Below are positions 1 through 12,529 of a stretch of DNA of 64,000 nucleotides, piece by piece. Under the pieces are notes generated by a model. The model was given only the letters and a program-made list of their open reading frames with translations. It did not search any database and had not been told where the DNA came from. The stretch spans positions 47,678,001 through 47,742,000 of the forward strand of contig NC_042998.1 in NCBI RefSeq assembly GCF_006345805.1, in the 5' to 3' direction. The DNA comes from Octopus sinensis (Eukaryota). Numbering within the stretch: position 1 is the stretch's first letter; every line of letters starts with the position of its first letter. Made by a program: the position numbers and the translations under genes.

Positions 1-471
1 ATCTTTTCGGTTTGAACGGCAGTTTTTTCCTAGCGGTGTCATATGAAGTTGTCACCCATAATTATGACCCTAGTATCGATCTATTGCATTTCAATCTGTT
101 TTAGGGTTAGGGTTAGTTAGTGTTATAGTTAGGGTTAGGGTTAGGGTTAGAGTTAGGGTTAGGGGTGGGGGATGGGTATCTTTTTTTCTTCACAAATGTA
201 AATAAACCCAATCTGTTTCTTAAACGAGGGACATTTTCATACGACACAGAATGTTTTCACCTCAATAAACGTCATTGATTGGTTGAAATTGCAGAAACTG
301 AAGAAAAAAACAACAAATATCTTACAAACTATAAAAAAACTATAGAATTTTCTCAATAAAGCCAAGAGAAAAAGATGTTTTATAAACACATTCTACCAGT
401 ATACGAAGTTTAAAAGTGTTTAGTTACGTAGAAATTATTTTTAAAAACTGCCGGTCAAACCGAAAAGATGC
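1..471 (+). mobile_element. MITE with ~26-bp TIRs and internal (TTAGGG)n tract; possibly Merlin-type; first 2 bp cut by window edge
   Basis: Left end ATCTTTTCGGTTTGAACGGCAGTTTT and right end AAAACTGCCGGTCAAACCGAAAAGAT are inverted repeats; TTAGGG repeats at ~100-165; second copy inverted at 48354-48771. Confidence 0.9.
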
Positions 472-1444
472 ATATACTGTATTTTCTCCTATATATTTAT
501 TTAAACCTACAAGAGATATATCTTTTTAGTGATTATTACAGTATTAGTAACTTCACGCCTTCTGTCCAGGTAAATATGATCTGTCAGCGTTGTTCCTGCT
601 GCTTTTGTTATTTTTGTTTAATCCATGTGTGCCAAGATCCGAGATGACAAGTTCATCTCAATTTCCGACATATATTTTAAATTAAATTATGAGGTAAATT
701 TAGCCGTTATTTTTAGCACGTCGAGTGACCACTTTGGATTTTCCTCTTTGGTAGGGATGATGTGTTCTAAATACAGCCACTTATTTTCTTGTTTTTTCCC
801 ATTTCTCACAATTTTTTTATTATTATATCAAAGCCAAATCATTTAAACGATTGCATTAACATTATGCGTAATGTATTAGGTTTTTTTCTCTTGGCATTCA
901 CTTCTGTTTTTCTTAGAATTTTGTTCTGCTTTTCTTGGAACTTATCTCTGTCATATGTACTAGTCGACACTGTCAGTAATATTCTTGCTTGCTTTTCTCT
1001 TTCATTCTGAAATATTGTGTCACGTTGAGTTAATTGATTCTTAGATAGTTGTAGGGTTGTTAGTTTTCAAAAAATCTTAACTTCACATACATTATATTTC
1101 TTCATAAGCTTTCCTCTCTTGAGTGTAGCCTTTGCATATTTTTCTGCTGTAAGTTTCATACAGATATCCTTGCTAAAACTCTGTGCTATTCATTACAAGT
1201 TGACTAACTGGTTATCAATTTTGGTAAGACATTTTTAAAGTTAGCTGTGCATAAGTGGATGACATTTGATCACAACTGCTATGGTTTAACATAGGAGGTT
1301 GAAATGTTAAGATCAAACAGAGGAATTGAGAAGACCGGATGTGATGCTGGAACATTATTCGGTTAATAAGGATTTTTGTGTTTATATCTATTCAACCCTT
1401 TTTATAGATAGGTAATTTCTTTCCTTGTTACAATGTATCTATGA

Positions 1445-1765
1445 GCACTCCGTCAGTTGCGACGACGAGGGTCCCAGCTGATACGATCAACGGAACAGCT
1501 TGCTCGTGAAATTAATGTGCAAGTGGCTGAGCATTCCACAGACACGTGTACCTTTAACGTAGTTCTCGGGGAGATTCAGCGTGACACAGAGTGTGACAAG
1601 GCTGGCTCTTTGAAATACAGGTACTACTCATTTTTCCCAGCTGAGTGGACTGGAGCAACGTGAAATAAAGTATCTTGCTCAAGGACACAACGCGCCGTCG
1701 GGAATTGAACTTACAACCTTACGATCATGAGCCGAATGCCCATAACCACTAAGCTACGCGCCTTC
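1445..1765 (-). mobile_element. tRNA-derived SINE family C
   Basis: Reverse complement starts GAAGGCGCGTAGCTTAGTGGTT (A box), has GTTCAATTCC (B box) and TGTGTCCTTGAGCAAG; matches 55216-55537 along its length. Confidence 0.9.
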
Positions 1766-2154
1766 ACTATGAATCTAATAGCAGTTAAATTACCCGTACT
1801 GCAACATATCTTAGGGTAATATTATCGAATGATTGCCTTTTGATAGTTTGTCCAAGTAAATGTTTTCCTATATTCAGTTATGACTTAATTTACCAATTGT
1901 GGATCTCTAAAGCATAACAGTAAAACACTTTTCACCACTTTTTGTTTACCTGATAAAATACAATTGTATGCCAGACAAATATTTATTCGTTATTAGAGTA
2001 ATAAGCCGAAATACGCGTTACAATCAGTCTGTAATTCTGAGATTTTTTCTTCGTATTGTCAAAAACTGGTATTCATTAATTTTTTTTTTTTTCTCTTTTT
2101 AGCTTTCCTTCCCTTTGTAAGCGAATGCAGTATTTGACTCTGGTTTTATAATAA

Positions 2155-2345
2155 TCCTTTCTACAATGTCTGAAATTCTGTGGATAGGAGGGAGGTAGTC
2201 GACTACATTGATCCCAGTGCTCAGCTGGTTCTTATTCGATCGACTCCGAAAGGATGAAAAGTCGACCTCGGCGGATAGAACGTAAAGACGGACGAAATGC
2301 TGCTAAGCATTTTGTCCAGCGTGCTAACGATTCTGCCAGCTCCCT
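2155..2345 (-). mobile_element. SINE family A
   Basis: Contains CCGAAAGGATGAAAAGTCGACCTCGGCGGA and head GCTAACGATTCTGCCAGCTC, shared with many copies in the window. Confidence 0.85.
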
Positions 2346-3789
2346 GTCTTCTCTGGTTTTATAATAATGATACTGAAAAAATTTCAAGAGGTTTTCTTGT
2401 TCGAACTGATTGTTTTACTAAAACCAGAATTAAATCTTTAGAAATTCTCTGCTTTTCTCTTGTTGTCTATTTGATGTTATATTGTATTCTTAAATATATG
2501 GTGCCGTTTCCTTTATCTTATTTTCGTTTTTTCTCTCTTGATTTCACAAAAAAATATAAAAAGATAATGGTAAAATCCACACAGCAACATGAAGTGGTGC
2601 ACTGCAAAACAGAAATATCTTTCATATAGAATTACAAACGCAGATCTAGGATGTGGGCCTAGAAGACACGATTGGCTGTAATAGGCCAAGATATATATAG
2701 GACTCAATGTAAACAGATTTTGTTCTAGAAGTAAAGGCTAAAAACCAACAAAAGCCGTTAAAGACTGATAAAAGCATTAAAAACATTAAAATCTACACAG
2801 CAGGCTAAATACTTTTAATAAATACGTTTCAAGATTAAAGACCTTAAAGATTAAGCCAAGACATATCACATATTATCTCAAGCCAATCTTTGGCAATATT
2901 CTCGAGCTACCTCTATCGTTTTACTTAAGAAAAAGCCATCCCTTCTTGGCCTTTTTGGCGAGGATCAAAACTGTAGTATCGCTTTATACAAGGAATACTT
3001 GCTTTGAAATGTTGCACACTGTTGCGCAGATTTTACTGTAATTGACTTATATTTTCACTTTATCTTTCATTTTGTCTTTTTATTTATTTTCAATTTTCTA
3101 CGCAGTCTTTCTAGACGGTGGTAGTTGTGGGTAATATAGGAGTTGGGTGGTGGATTTTCAGAATTTAAAGGCGACGAAAAAGTAACTGCAGTATTTAGTT
3201 ACGAGCCATTAGGTTCTAATTTCAAATCATACCTTGATAACCTTTGCCATTCATCCTTCCGGTGTTAATAAAATAAGGTACCTGTTAAACAGCAGGATTG
3301 GTTTAATATGTCTATAAAGTAACTGAGATGTAAATAATTGTAAGACAAGCTTCGTTGAGGATTGAATCTAGTTCTATCGAATAGCTGTTTATGTGTTTTA
3401 AGATTTGGGAAATGATTTGTGCTTAATTTTCTTTTCTTATATTTTATATTTTTCCATGTATAATATGGAGAAAATGTGGCTGCTATTTCTTGCTGGTCGA
3501 GAGATAAGGTAGAGGCTCTTTTTCTGGCTTAAATATACAAAATTCTGCCATTACTAACGAGCGTTTGTAATTTTATCCTTCTTTGTAATTATTTAGTATA
3601 TAGTAATGTGTGTTTTAGTTTTTTGTTGCAGGTGCATTTGAGTGCTTCGATACTGCTGTTTATGCCAATTTGTTTGTAGCATAGAAACAAAACTACTCCG
3701 TTTGTTTGCATATATATGAGAATGTCAGACGAAACATGTCTATTCGTCTCAAACCACCACCACCACCAAAAACAACAACAACAACAATA

Positions 3790-3940
3790 ATAATGGTTTC
3801 AAATTTTTCCACAATGGGCAGCCATTTTGGGGAGAGGGAATGAATCGATTACATCAACCCCAGTGTCTCAAGGGTACTTAATTTATCGACCACGAAAGAA
3901 TGAAAGGCAAAGTCGACCTCAGCGAAATTAGAACTCAGAA
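3790..3940 (-). mobile_element. SINE family A, partial
   Basis: GTACTTAATTTATCGAC...GAAAGGCAAAGTCGACCTC core. Confidence 0.8.
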
Positions 3941-3944
3941 GGCA

Positions 3945-4150
3945 TTAAGAAAGCATAAAGGAAAAATAAAGTAAATTGGAATAGAGTGCCCAGTAGAACT
4001 GTTACAAAAGGTTTACTCCCCTTACACAGCCAGAATAATCAGGAAAGTATTAGCAGAAAAGAACGGATAGCATAGTACCGTAGACTGCATGTAGCAGCCC
4101 GCTATACATGCAAGGCTCTAAGAGCGCCAACAAAACCTGTGATAAAGAGA

Positions 4151-4190
<40 letters not shown>
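3945..4190 (+). mobile_element. R4/Dong-clade LINE 3' end with (AAT)n tail
   Basis: Translates across a frameshift to KIGIECPVELLQKV...TARIIRKVLAEK, the typical R4/Dong C-terminus (LQK...GTA.I.R.VL), then a short UTR and (AAT)n. Confidence 0.7.
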
Positions 4191-4191
<1 letters not shown>

Positions 4192-4193
<2 letters not shown>

Positions 4194-4746
4194 GCCCTGA
4201 TGCAGTACCAGGCAGTGGCTCTCATGGCTTCTGATGTTAACTGATTGGAAGTGTTATCATGTACATTGTTTGTCTTGGTATAAAAGATGGGCTACAGCAA
4301 ATATTCTGCTCAATACCACAGATTTGCTTGTCAGTTGTTTGACCTTAACCAGTTGAGCATGTCCCTTAGTGGCTGACGATATGTGCATCTTTGATCACGA
4401 GCAGAAGTAGTGGGGGAGCATCATAGCCATGTGTTGAGAGGGATTCTTTGGGGTTTGAATAATTCACTTCTGGAAACATGGGTGGTTCTTTCAACATCCT
4501 TAAACAACCCTTATTCAGGGACCTTTTGAGCGGGATGGGCTACTCAACCTGAAGAAAATTCTAACTGGGCCCCACCTGCAAGGTCATGTGCTGTTTATCT
4601 TGATATGAGATCACCATGTCGCGCACATATGGTTGTGATGCATGTGCCTGGTGTACCTTTATCAGACGGGTAGTCATGATGGGTATATTGGGCTTCGTAT
4701 ATTTTACCCCAGTGTCACTTTGATGGCATGCACTGCTCTCTCACTC
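4192..4746 (+). mobile_element. 555-bp non-coding interspersed element embedded in (TAA)n, copy 1
   Basis: Near-identical inverted copy at 51022-51576 with the same two ends; both are flanked on both sides by (TAA)n; no TIR, no tRNA head, no convincing ORF. Confidence 0.9.
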
Positions 4747-5329
4747 AATAATAATAATAATAATGATAATAATAGTAATAATAATATCGGACGTGTACGA
4801 GCGAGCTCCTTGCAAGTTGGATTAAATCTGTGATCATCGGCAAACAGGATTTAAGAAACAGCAAATATATGAAAGAAAATTGGTCCCTAATGTAAATCAG
4901 ATCAGGATACCGAAATATTTCTCTCATATATGAAATATAGGTGCTGTCGGGCACGTTGCCACAGAAAAACAACATGCATTGATGCGACTTGCCTATACAT
5001 GAATTGAAGCAATACACAAGTATGCAATTTCGCTACAGAAAAACACTGAGTACAAATAATAATCCTCTATGCCATCTCATCTCTACACAAATACACATAA
5101 ATGTAATGTTTATATAATTCACACATGCACCCGTACATCTCGTACATGAACAACACAACGTTGAGTACACAGTTTTTAAACAAATTAAAAGAGATACATA
5201 ATAATAACAATACATATAAAATGTAAGCCGTCTCATTATAAATAGAGAAAAATAACAGATATGCTCGGAAATAAAACTTCGAACACAAAAACTGCAGTTG
5301 TATATTTAAGAGATGAGGAATTATGTACA

Positions 5330-5428
5330 TTATTTACATTATTTACATTTGACGGATATTTGTCCTCATCTTGTTAACAACAAACACGATGAGGACAAAT
5401 ATCCGTCAAATGTAAATAATGTAAATAA
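5330..5428. repeat. Perfect 41-bp inverted repeat with 17-nt spacer
   Basis: TTATTTACATTATTTACATTTGACGGATATTTGTCCTCATC (5330-5370) and its exact reverse complement (5388-5428). Confidence 0.95.
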
Positions 5429-5639
5429 AAACTAATTTCTATCTATGAGCTTGAGGCGCTTAAGATACGAAAACAAAAATAGCATATAACAAGAGACGGT
5501 GACCTGCGAAAAAGTTATCTCTGAATAGGAAGGCCCCTCTACTACTGTCACTGCCCAAGCAGAAAACAAAACCAAAAGAGAACGGTAGGCAGATGATGAC
5601 AATAGTTGGAGCATAGATAGCATCTCAAGACGGTTACAA

Positions 5640-7420
5640 TGATCGTTATGCCATAACAGATCACATACACGGTGTGCGCAAAAATAGCCATAAGTGAACG
5701 AAGGAAGAGTGCGATACACATATTGAATGTCATGAAAGAGTGTAAACCTGGAAAGAAGTCGCAGAGTAGGCCGACGTACCTTGAAATTTTGGATGGAAAA
5801 GGACGTGTCCAATGTCAGAAAATAAACTAATGAACCAAGTGAGAGTGATTAGGAAAAAGGGTTACTTAACTGGAGTAGAAATACTTCGGATTAGTGAGAG
5901 TCTGAGAGACCCTGCAGATGGGCATCAAAGGATGGTCGACGTTGAAAACAGAGAGAAAAGTAGACAGGAGGAACAAGGAAATTGTGATGGGGCTGTTAAG
6001 GATGAGAAATAGGAACGTTATACAGTGAACCCTGATATTGTGGTGGGTGGACATGCAGGGGAGATGAACCAACTAGATAATGAATCACTTGAAATTCAAA
6101 GACGACTCACCGACATGATGACTGCCCCAGAAGAAAAATCCCCATGAATATGAGAAGGGTAGACAGGAGTATGATAAATAAAGTAACACAAAAGTCAAGG
6201 TCAGCGAGGCATAACAAAAAAGGGTGAAGATGGTGTTGAAATTCAAACTGAATGCCAAAAATTTGATTACAGCAATGAATACTTGGGTAGTTGCGGCAGC
6301 CAGATATAGTGCGTGCATCCCCAAATGGACTAAGGAGGAAATATCAACACTGGATAAAAGGACGAGAAAGTTGATGACGCTGTATGGGCGCTACATTCTA
6401 AAGCAAACGTAAACTGACTGCATATGAAAAGAAAGAATGGTGGCAGAGGACTAATTAGTATAGACCATTGTATAAGGAGTAAAAGGAGAACGCTTGCCGA
6501 GAATTTGATAAATAGTGATGAAGACCTGCTGCAATATGCCGCGAAAGACGAGGGTGTAAATGCAGATGAAATGATGGGTAAGGAGGGGTTTAACCAAAGA
6601 GCAGAGAAGAGAAAAGAAGACCTTCTTGACATGAGAATGCATGGACTGTTTGAAAGGAATACACAGGACGTTAAGGATAATACAGCATCGTGGCCATGGC
6701 TTGAGCGGGGTGATTTGAAGCGTATAACGGAAAGCTTGATCATTGCTGCACAAGACCAGACTCTCGCTACCAACTCAGTGAAGTATATATCTATAAAACT
6801 TCTGACACCCATAAATGCAGACTCTGTGTGTAGGGTGTGGAAAATGTAATCCACTTGGTAAGTGAATGTAAGAAATAATAATACAAGCGCCGCTACGATA
6901 AAGTGTTTGTTTATCTTAATTGGCTCTTATGCCTCAAATACCAATATGAAGTAACAGAGAACTGGTATGAGCATGTACCACGTAAAGTTAAGCAGGATGG
7001 TGGAAAAGTAACGATACTCTGGGACTGTGATTTTCAGACGGATCGTGTGATGGAACACCGTCGGACGGAGAGACAAATACTGTCAGATCATTGATGCAGC
7101 CATACCAAATGACATAAATGTTGTGAGTAAAACGGTTTAAAAAATCACCAAGTACTCCGAATTGAAAGTGGAAATAGCAAGGATGTATGGAATGCGAGAG
7201 GATAATGTAAAAGCGATACCAGTGGTGATCAGAGCGTTGGGATCAATCCCACTGAAACTTCAAGACTTCTTAAGGCAACTGGAAATCCTATGAAAGACTG
7301 ATGTCTAGCAAAAAGCAGCTTTATTGGGCACAGCGCACATCTTAAAGTTTCTGAGCAGGTTTTCGAGGATTTTGTAGCCACTTCTTTTGTATACTAGCCC
7401 TAAGCAGTCTTTCTAATAAT
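5640..7420 (+). mobile_element. Decayed R4/Dong-clade RLE non-LTR retrotransposon, RT domain deleted
   Basis: N-terminal motif ENKLMNQVRVIRKKGYL; post-RT motifs KLNAKNLITAMNTW, RKNGGRGL, MHGLF, SWPWL, IAAQDQTLATN; CRLC..H..S.C knuckle; RLE region ILWD...TDR...HRR...IIDAAIP...KY; many stops and frameshifts. Confidence 0.9.
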
Positions 7421-7490
7421 AAGTAGAATAATCAGGTTACCCCCAACCCCCCACCCTCGACATTTCTGGCCTTGTGCAAAAATTTAAAAC

Positions 7491-7536
<46 letters not shown>

Positions 7537-7547
7537 ATTATTATCAT

Positions 7548-7745
7548 TATGCAGCGAGCTAGCAGAATCGTTAACACGCAAGGCAAAATGCTTAGCGGTA
7601 TTCAGAGTACAAATTCGGCCTAGGTGGACTTTACCTTTTATCCTCTCGAGGTCGATAAAATAAGTACCAGTTGAACACTGGGGTCGATGTAATCGACTTA
7701 AACCCTCCCTGAAAATGCTGGCCTTGTGTCAAAATTTGAAATCGT
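7548..7745 (+). mobile_element. SINE family A between (ATT)n tracts
   Basis: Head GCGAGCTAGCAGAATCGTTA, core GAGGTCGATAAAATAAGTACCAG, tail GGCCTTGTGTCAAAATTTGAAA. Confidence 0.85.
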
Positions 7746-7750
7746 TATTG

Positions 7751-7796
<46 letters not shown>

Positions 7797-8332
7797 GGGT
7801 AATCAAATCCTAAACTGGCCGGCATGTAAGGTTGATAAGACTTAACCACCACCACCACCATACCACCATCATCACAACTACCCCCAACCATGCCGCTCTA
7901 CCATCCTCATAAACGATAGGGAAAAGAAAAATGTCCCAACTACATAGATAACAACACTGTTTATACACATGCCACAAGAAGGAAAATCGTATTTTATCAA
8001 ATCACTCCATACGGACAGCACAAAATAACAATTAAACAAGAAAATAAAAATGGAAAGAAAGAATATGTGGGAGTGAAAGATAGAATGAAAGTGAGGTAGG
8101 CGGCGGGAAAGAGAGCACATGGGAGAAATATACTTTTGAACACTTAAGATATATTTTACTTCCAAAATATTCCAGTGGGTCCTCAATTTGTTTGACCGTT
8201 GGTGAAAGTAACTGTCACATGTCCATTTACACAAACCACTTTAGATAGCGAATACGAAGCACACGTGTCTACATGTGTATCTAGCGAGGTATCTATGTTT
8301 GTATAAGCAAGTATATATATATATATGTGTGT

Positions 8333-8381
<49 letters not shown>

Positions 8382-8411
8382 CGTACAGGAGCATACACAT
8401 TCTGATATATA

Positions 8412-8785
8412 TTGGGTCAATCCATAAATAATGCGATTTTTTATATTTATTTTATTTTTCAAAATTAAGATAAGCAAAGTTCTTTTTTAATCTAAAATAC
8501 TCATTCATTTTCTACAATGCTCTTCCCTCTATCTGGTAGACTTGCAGAACTCAGATAGACTTCCAAAATTCACTTGTCCTTGACGAAAAATACTCTTCCA
8601 GTACTGTACTGAACTTGTCTACAGAATTCATATTTTTCCGACCCAAATGATTTTGAAGACTGCGGAATAAATGATCATCAGATGGGGAAATGTCCGATGA
8701 ATATGGTCGATGAGGTATCGTTTCCCATTCAAAGGCTTTGAAATATCATCCTTGCTGTATGTGGCCGAGCATCATCGTGATGCAA
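8412..8785 (-). mobile_element. mariner (DD34D-type) transposase 3' remnant with one TIR
   Basis: Minus strand gives HHDDARPHT and WETIPHRPYSSDISPSDDHLFRSLQNHL, matching the mariner HDNARPH and HPPYSPDLAPSDYHLF motifs; ends TATTGGGTCAATCCATAAAT. Confidence 0.85.
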
Positions 8786-9089
8786 AGTAAACACAGTGAT
8801 GTCAGTCGATACACTTCCCCATGAAAGTCATTGCTAGCCCTCCCTTCAGACGCAACTGTGTGCTGCAATCCGTTGGTGCACTACAGAACTAGTCCGGGTA
8901 CTTTTTGATACCACTTCAACACAACAAACAATAACAGAAACAGCAACAATTGCATCAACTACAAGAAGCATAATAATCCTTTCTACTATAGGTACACGGC
9001 CTGAAATTTTGGGAGAGGTGATTAGTTGATTACATTGGTGCCTGTGCTTAACTGGTACTTATTTTATCGGCCCCGAAAGGAAGAAACTT

Positions 9090-12000
9090 TGTCACGAAGT
9101 GTAACCACAAAGGTACTAACCCTCCTAACTATATAACTCTTGAATTTGTATTGGGTACTTTGGTTTTTGCTCTGGAAGGATTCAGGGCCCATCCCTTCCC
9201 AAGTGACTACAGATGGACTGAGTCGTTGTTATAAAATAAAGTACTATGAGCGATTGGCAGTTCCGATAGGTAAGCAGTTCACTGTGAGCCGTTGAGTCTA
9301 GTGAAATAGTGATCGTATTGCGTCATTTAAATACTTGCCCCTCTTCTCTGTCAAATTATATATCCAACACAAGGATATAAAAGCAGCGATGAGTTGTTCG
9401 AAGATGGTGTTGAACGTTTAAAATTTTTTTGGTACGAAACCAAAGAAAATTGAATTAGTTGACCCCGGACATGTTCAAATGCCTAATTTTTGTTCAAGGG
9501 CTTACTGCAAGCAAAGATGTAGACATATGTTCCAGGATATTAACAAAATTAGAACAGGACCAAAATTTAACTCTACAGGCAATAGCAGAAGAATGTCAGA
9601 GGATTATAAATCTACAACCTGATGCAGATAAATTGAAGAGAAAGATTGCTCTCATATCTATACGTGTCAACCAGTATCAGATAAGAAAAAATGTCAAGAC
9701 TAAAACCATGTTATGGGTGCGGTGGTCTGCATTTTAAAAGTAACTGTCGTTTAGAAATATAAAATGCTTCAAGTGTGGTAAGATAGGTCATAAAAAATCA
9801 CACTGTAAAACAAAACCTAATAAACAGTCCAACAGAAAAATCATGCAAGCAGGTTATCGGTGACAGAAATACGAACAAGCCTCAAAGGAAATTTGTGTAT
9901 GTAAAAATTAATAACACAAACGTAAAGTTACAATTGGATGCGGGCAGCGATATCTCGCTGCCCGTACATGGAAAAAAACATTGGGAGACTTAGATTAAAA
10001 GAAACTTCGAAAATTGCCCGTGGTTTGTCAGGAAAAAAATTTTGTATTTTAAGGGCGAATTGATAAGTGACATTACATTTCGTGAAAAGCCCTTAAAAGC
10101 CAAAGATTTTGTGTTGAATAATACAATTTTTATCGGAACTGACTTGATGGAATTATTTAACTTATGGGACCTCCCCATAAATCTTTTCTGTAAAAAATGT
10201 GAATGGTGTTTTCGCCAGTACAAATAAGTCGTCAGACGAATTGAAAAAGAAATTTAAAAGATTTTTCCTGGTGTTCTGACTGAAAAATTAGGTCTGTGCA
10301 CCAAAACGATGGTGATGTTTCAAATAAAAGAAAACGCCATACCGACATTTAAACAAAAATGAACTGCAACATTCGCAGCGCTATAACAGATAAACTTAGA
10401 GTTAGGAAGACTAGAAAAAATTAGAGCTATCCAAAAAGTAGAATGTAGTCAATGGGTATCACCAAAATGTACGTTAAGAAAACGAATAATAAAATCAGAG
10501 TGTGTGCTGATTTTCCCTGGTTTAAACGAGTGTCTTAAAACATGCCACTATCCGCTATCTTTTCCGGAGGATATTTTTACGAAATTTTTAAACTTGGATC
10601 TCTCTGACGCGTACCTACAAATTAGAGTAGGCGATGAATGTTCTAAATACCTAACAATTAACGTACATAGAGGACTGTATAAATACGACAGGCTACTATT
10701 TGGCTTAAAAGTCGCACCAACGATTTTTCAACAGATTAGGGATGCAATGTTAACGTAATGTGAATTTGAAATTCCATATCTGGATGATATACTAATCAAA
10801 AGTGAATCCTGGGACCAACACGAAGAGCACGTAAAATATGTGTTCGAAAAAATTGGGGATTACGGTTTACTTTGAGAGAAGTAAAGTGTGAATTTTTCTT
10901 ACCGAAAATAAGATATTTAGGACAAATCATTGACAGAAATGGATGTCGACCAGACCCATCGAGGGCAGACGCAATTAAAAATATGTCACTTCCGACAAGC
11001 ATTGCAACCTTACAAGCTTTTTGGGACTGGCAAATTATTACCAAAATTATATTCCAAATATGCATAAGGTGAGTTTCCACTGAATAATCTGCTAAAAGAA
11101 AATGTAAAGTGGAATTGGTTGCAAAAATTGTCAAAAGGCGTTTGACGAAATTTAAAAAATATTAACATCTGATTTGTCGTTAGCACACTTAGATCCTGCA
11201 GCGGAGATTGTTATAGCTTCAGATGGTTCATGCCTCACGTTCTCTGATATTAGCAGAGAAAAATTGCAACCAAATGGAAAAAGAGACTCTAGCGATTACT
11301 TTGGCTGTAAAATAAATTCACAGATTTTTACACTGTAGAAGCTTTCAACTACAGACTGATCATCATCCGTTATTATCGAAAAATGTGTCGACGAAAGGAA
11401 TACCTACCCATACTGCTAATAGGTTGCAACGCTGGAGTATGATATTATTATACTATGATTTTAATATGGAGTATATACCTTCCAAGAAATAAAGTCACGC
11501 TGGTTATTTATCAAGACTGATTTCAAAAAATGCGGAACCATTTGAAAATACCGTGGTTGCTTCTTTGCGAGTGGAAAATGAAATTAAAAATATTGTGTGT
11601 AACGTTATACGTGAACTGCCAGTTATTTTTACAAGACATAAAATTAAAATCGGAAAACGATAAATTAATTAAAAAACGAAATAAATACTGAAGACTAAAA
11701 GAGATAAAATATCCGCAACACAAATGCAAGCCATTTCTCAATGTGTGACAATGTGTTGATATATGCACAAAGAGTCGTAGTGCCCGCTACACTACAAAAG
11801 CGATTATTAAAGGAACTTCAGATTGGTCACCTAGGGATTTCGAAAATGAAATCATTAATGAGAAGTTATGTCTTTTGACCAACAATGGACCGCGACATTC
11901 AAGAATCGGTGAAAGCATGCAGGTGTGTCTTACCTGCAAATGCATCTACCACTAAATGGCAACCGTAGCCAAAAACAGATATTTCATCGTCCAGACTACA

Positions 12001-12145
12001 TGTTGATAACGCGGGCTCGCTTAAGGGTGCATATTACCTTGTTGTGGTGGAGAGTATTTCAAAGTGAGCAGAAGTGCATAAATGTAAAAAGACGATATCT
12101 GCAGGTACAGTAAGCTTTTTACACGAATTGTTCGCCAGCTTTATA
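9090..12145 (+). mobile_element. Decayed Ty3/Gypsy LTR retrotransposon (gag-pol, K02A2.6-like); probable 5' LTR at ~9090-9370; 3' truncated
   Basis: gag FKCLIFVQGL plus CFKCGKIGH..SHC knuckle; protease QLDAGSDISL; RT LDLSDAYLQI, YDRLLFGLKVAP, YLDDILI; RNase H QTDHHPL; integrase GHLGISKMKSLMRSYV and RLHVD. Order PR-RT-RH-IN. Begins TGTCACG, interrupting a SINE A. Confidence 0.92.
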
Positions 12146-12373
12146 GTGCAATTGACCCCTGATGCTGAAACTTGAACTTGAAGGTTCATTATATTGGCAA
12201 TCACGCCGTGGTTACTTTGCAGGAAGAAAATATATACTATAACATCAACATTGAACCTGAATTCAGAATTTACACGGTGTTCCTTGGAATAGTTTCGGTT
12301 GGTTTTTAATAAGGTTTCGAGTTCTGAAACACAACATCTAAGAGGCTTGTTCACTCCCGTCTAAAACGCTATG

Positions 12374-12412
<39 letters not shown>

Positions 12413-12529
12413 ATGTGTTTATATGTATGCATGTATGTATATATCTGTAGATAGGCAGTTATAATATATAAATATGTATATATAAGCATGCATATATATA
12501 TACATATATACATATATACATTATATATA

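Noticed and set aside
100-165. Telomere or chromosome end
   Set aside because: The short degenerate TTAGGG tract lies inside a TIR element that recurs at 48354.
3610-3700. Strong-looking splice acceptor TTTTTGTTGCAG
   Set aside because: The downstream frames close quickly with no recognisable product.
4192-4746. Retrocopy of telomerase RNA or another known structural RNA
   Set aside because: No CTAACCCT-type template, and no snRNA, 7SK or HDV-ribozyme motif that I could recognise by eye.
9459-12113. Active or domesticated Gypsy genes
   Set aside because: Stops and frameshifts occur throughout, the integrase is truncated and there is no 3' LTR.
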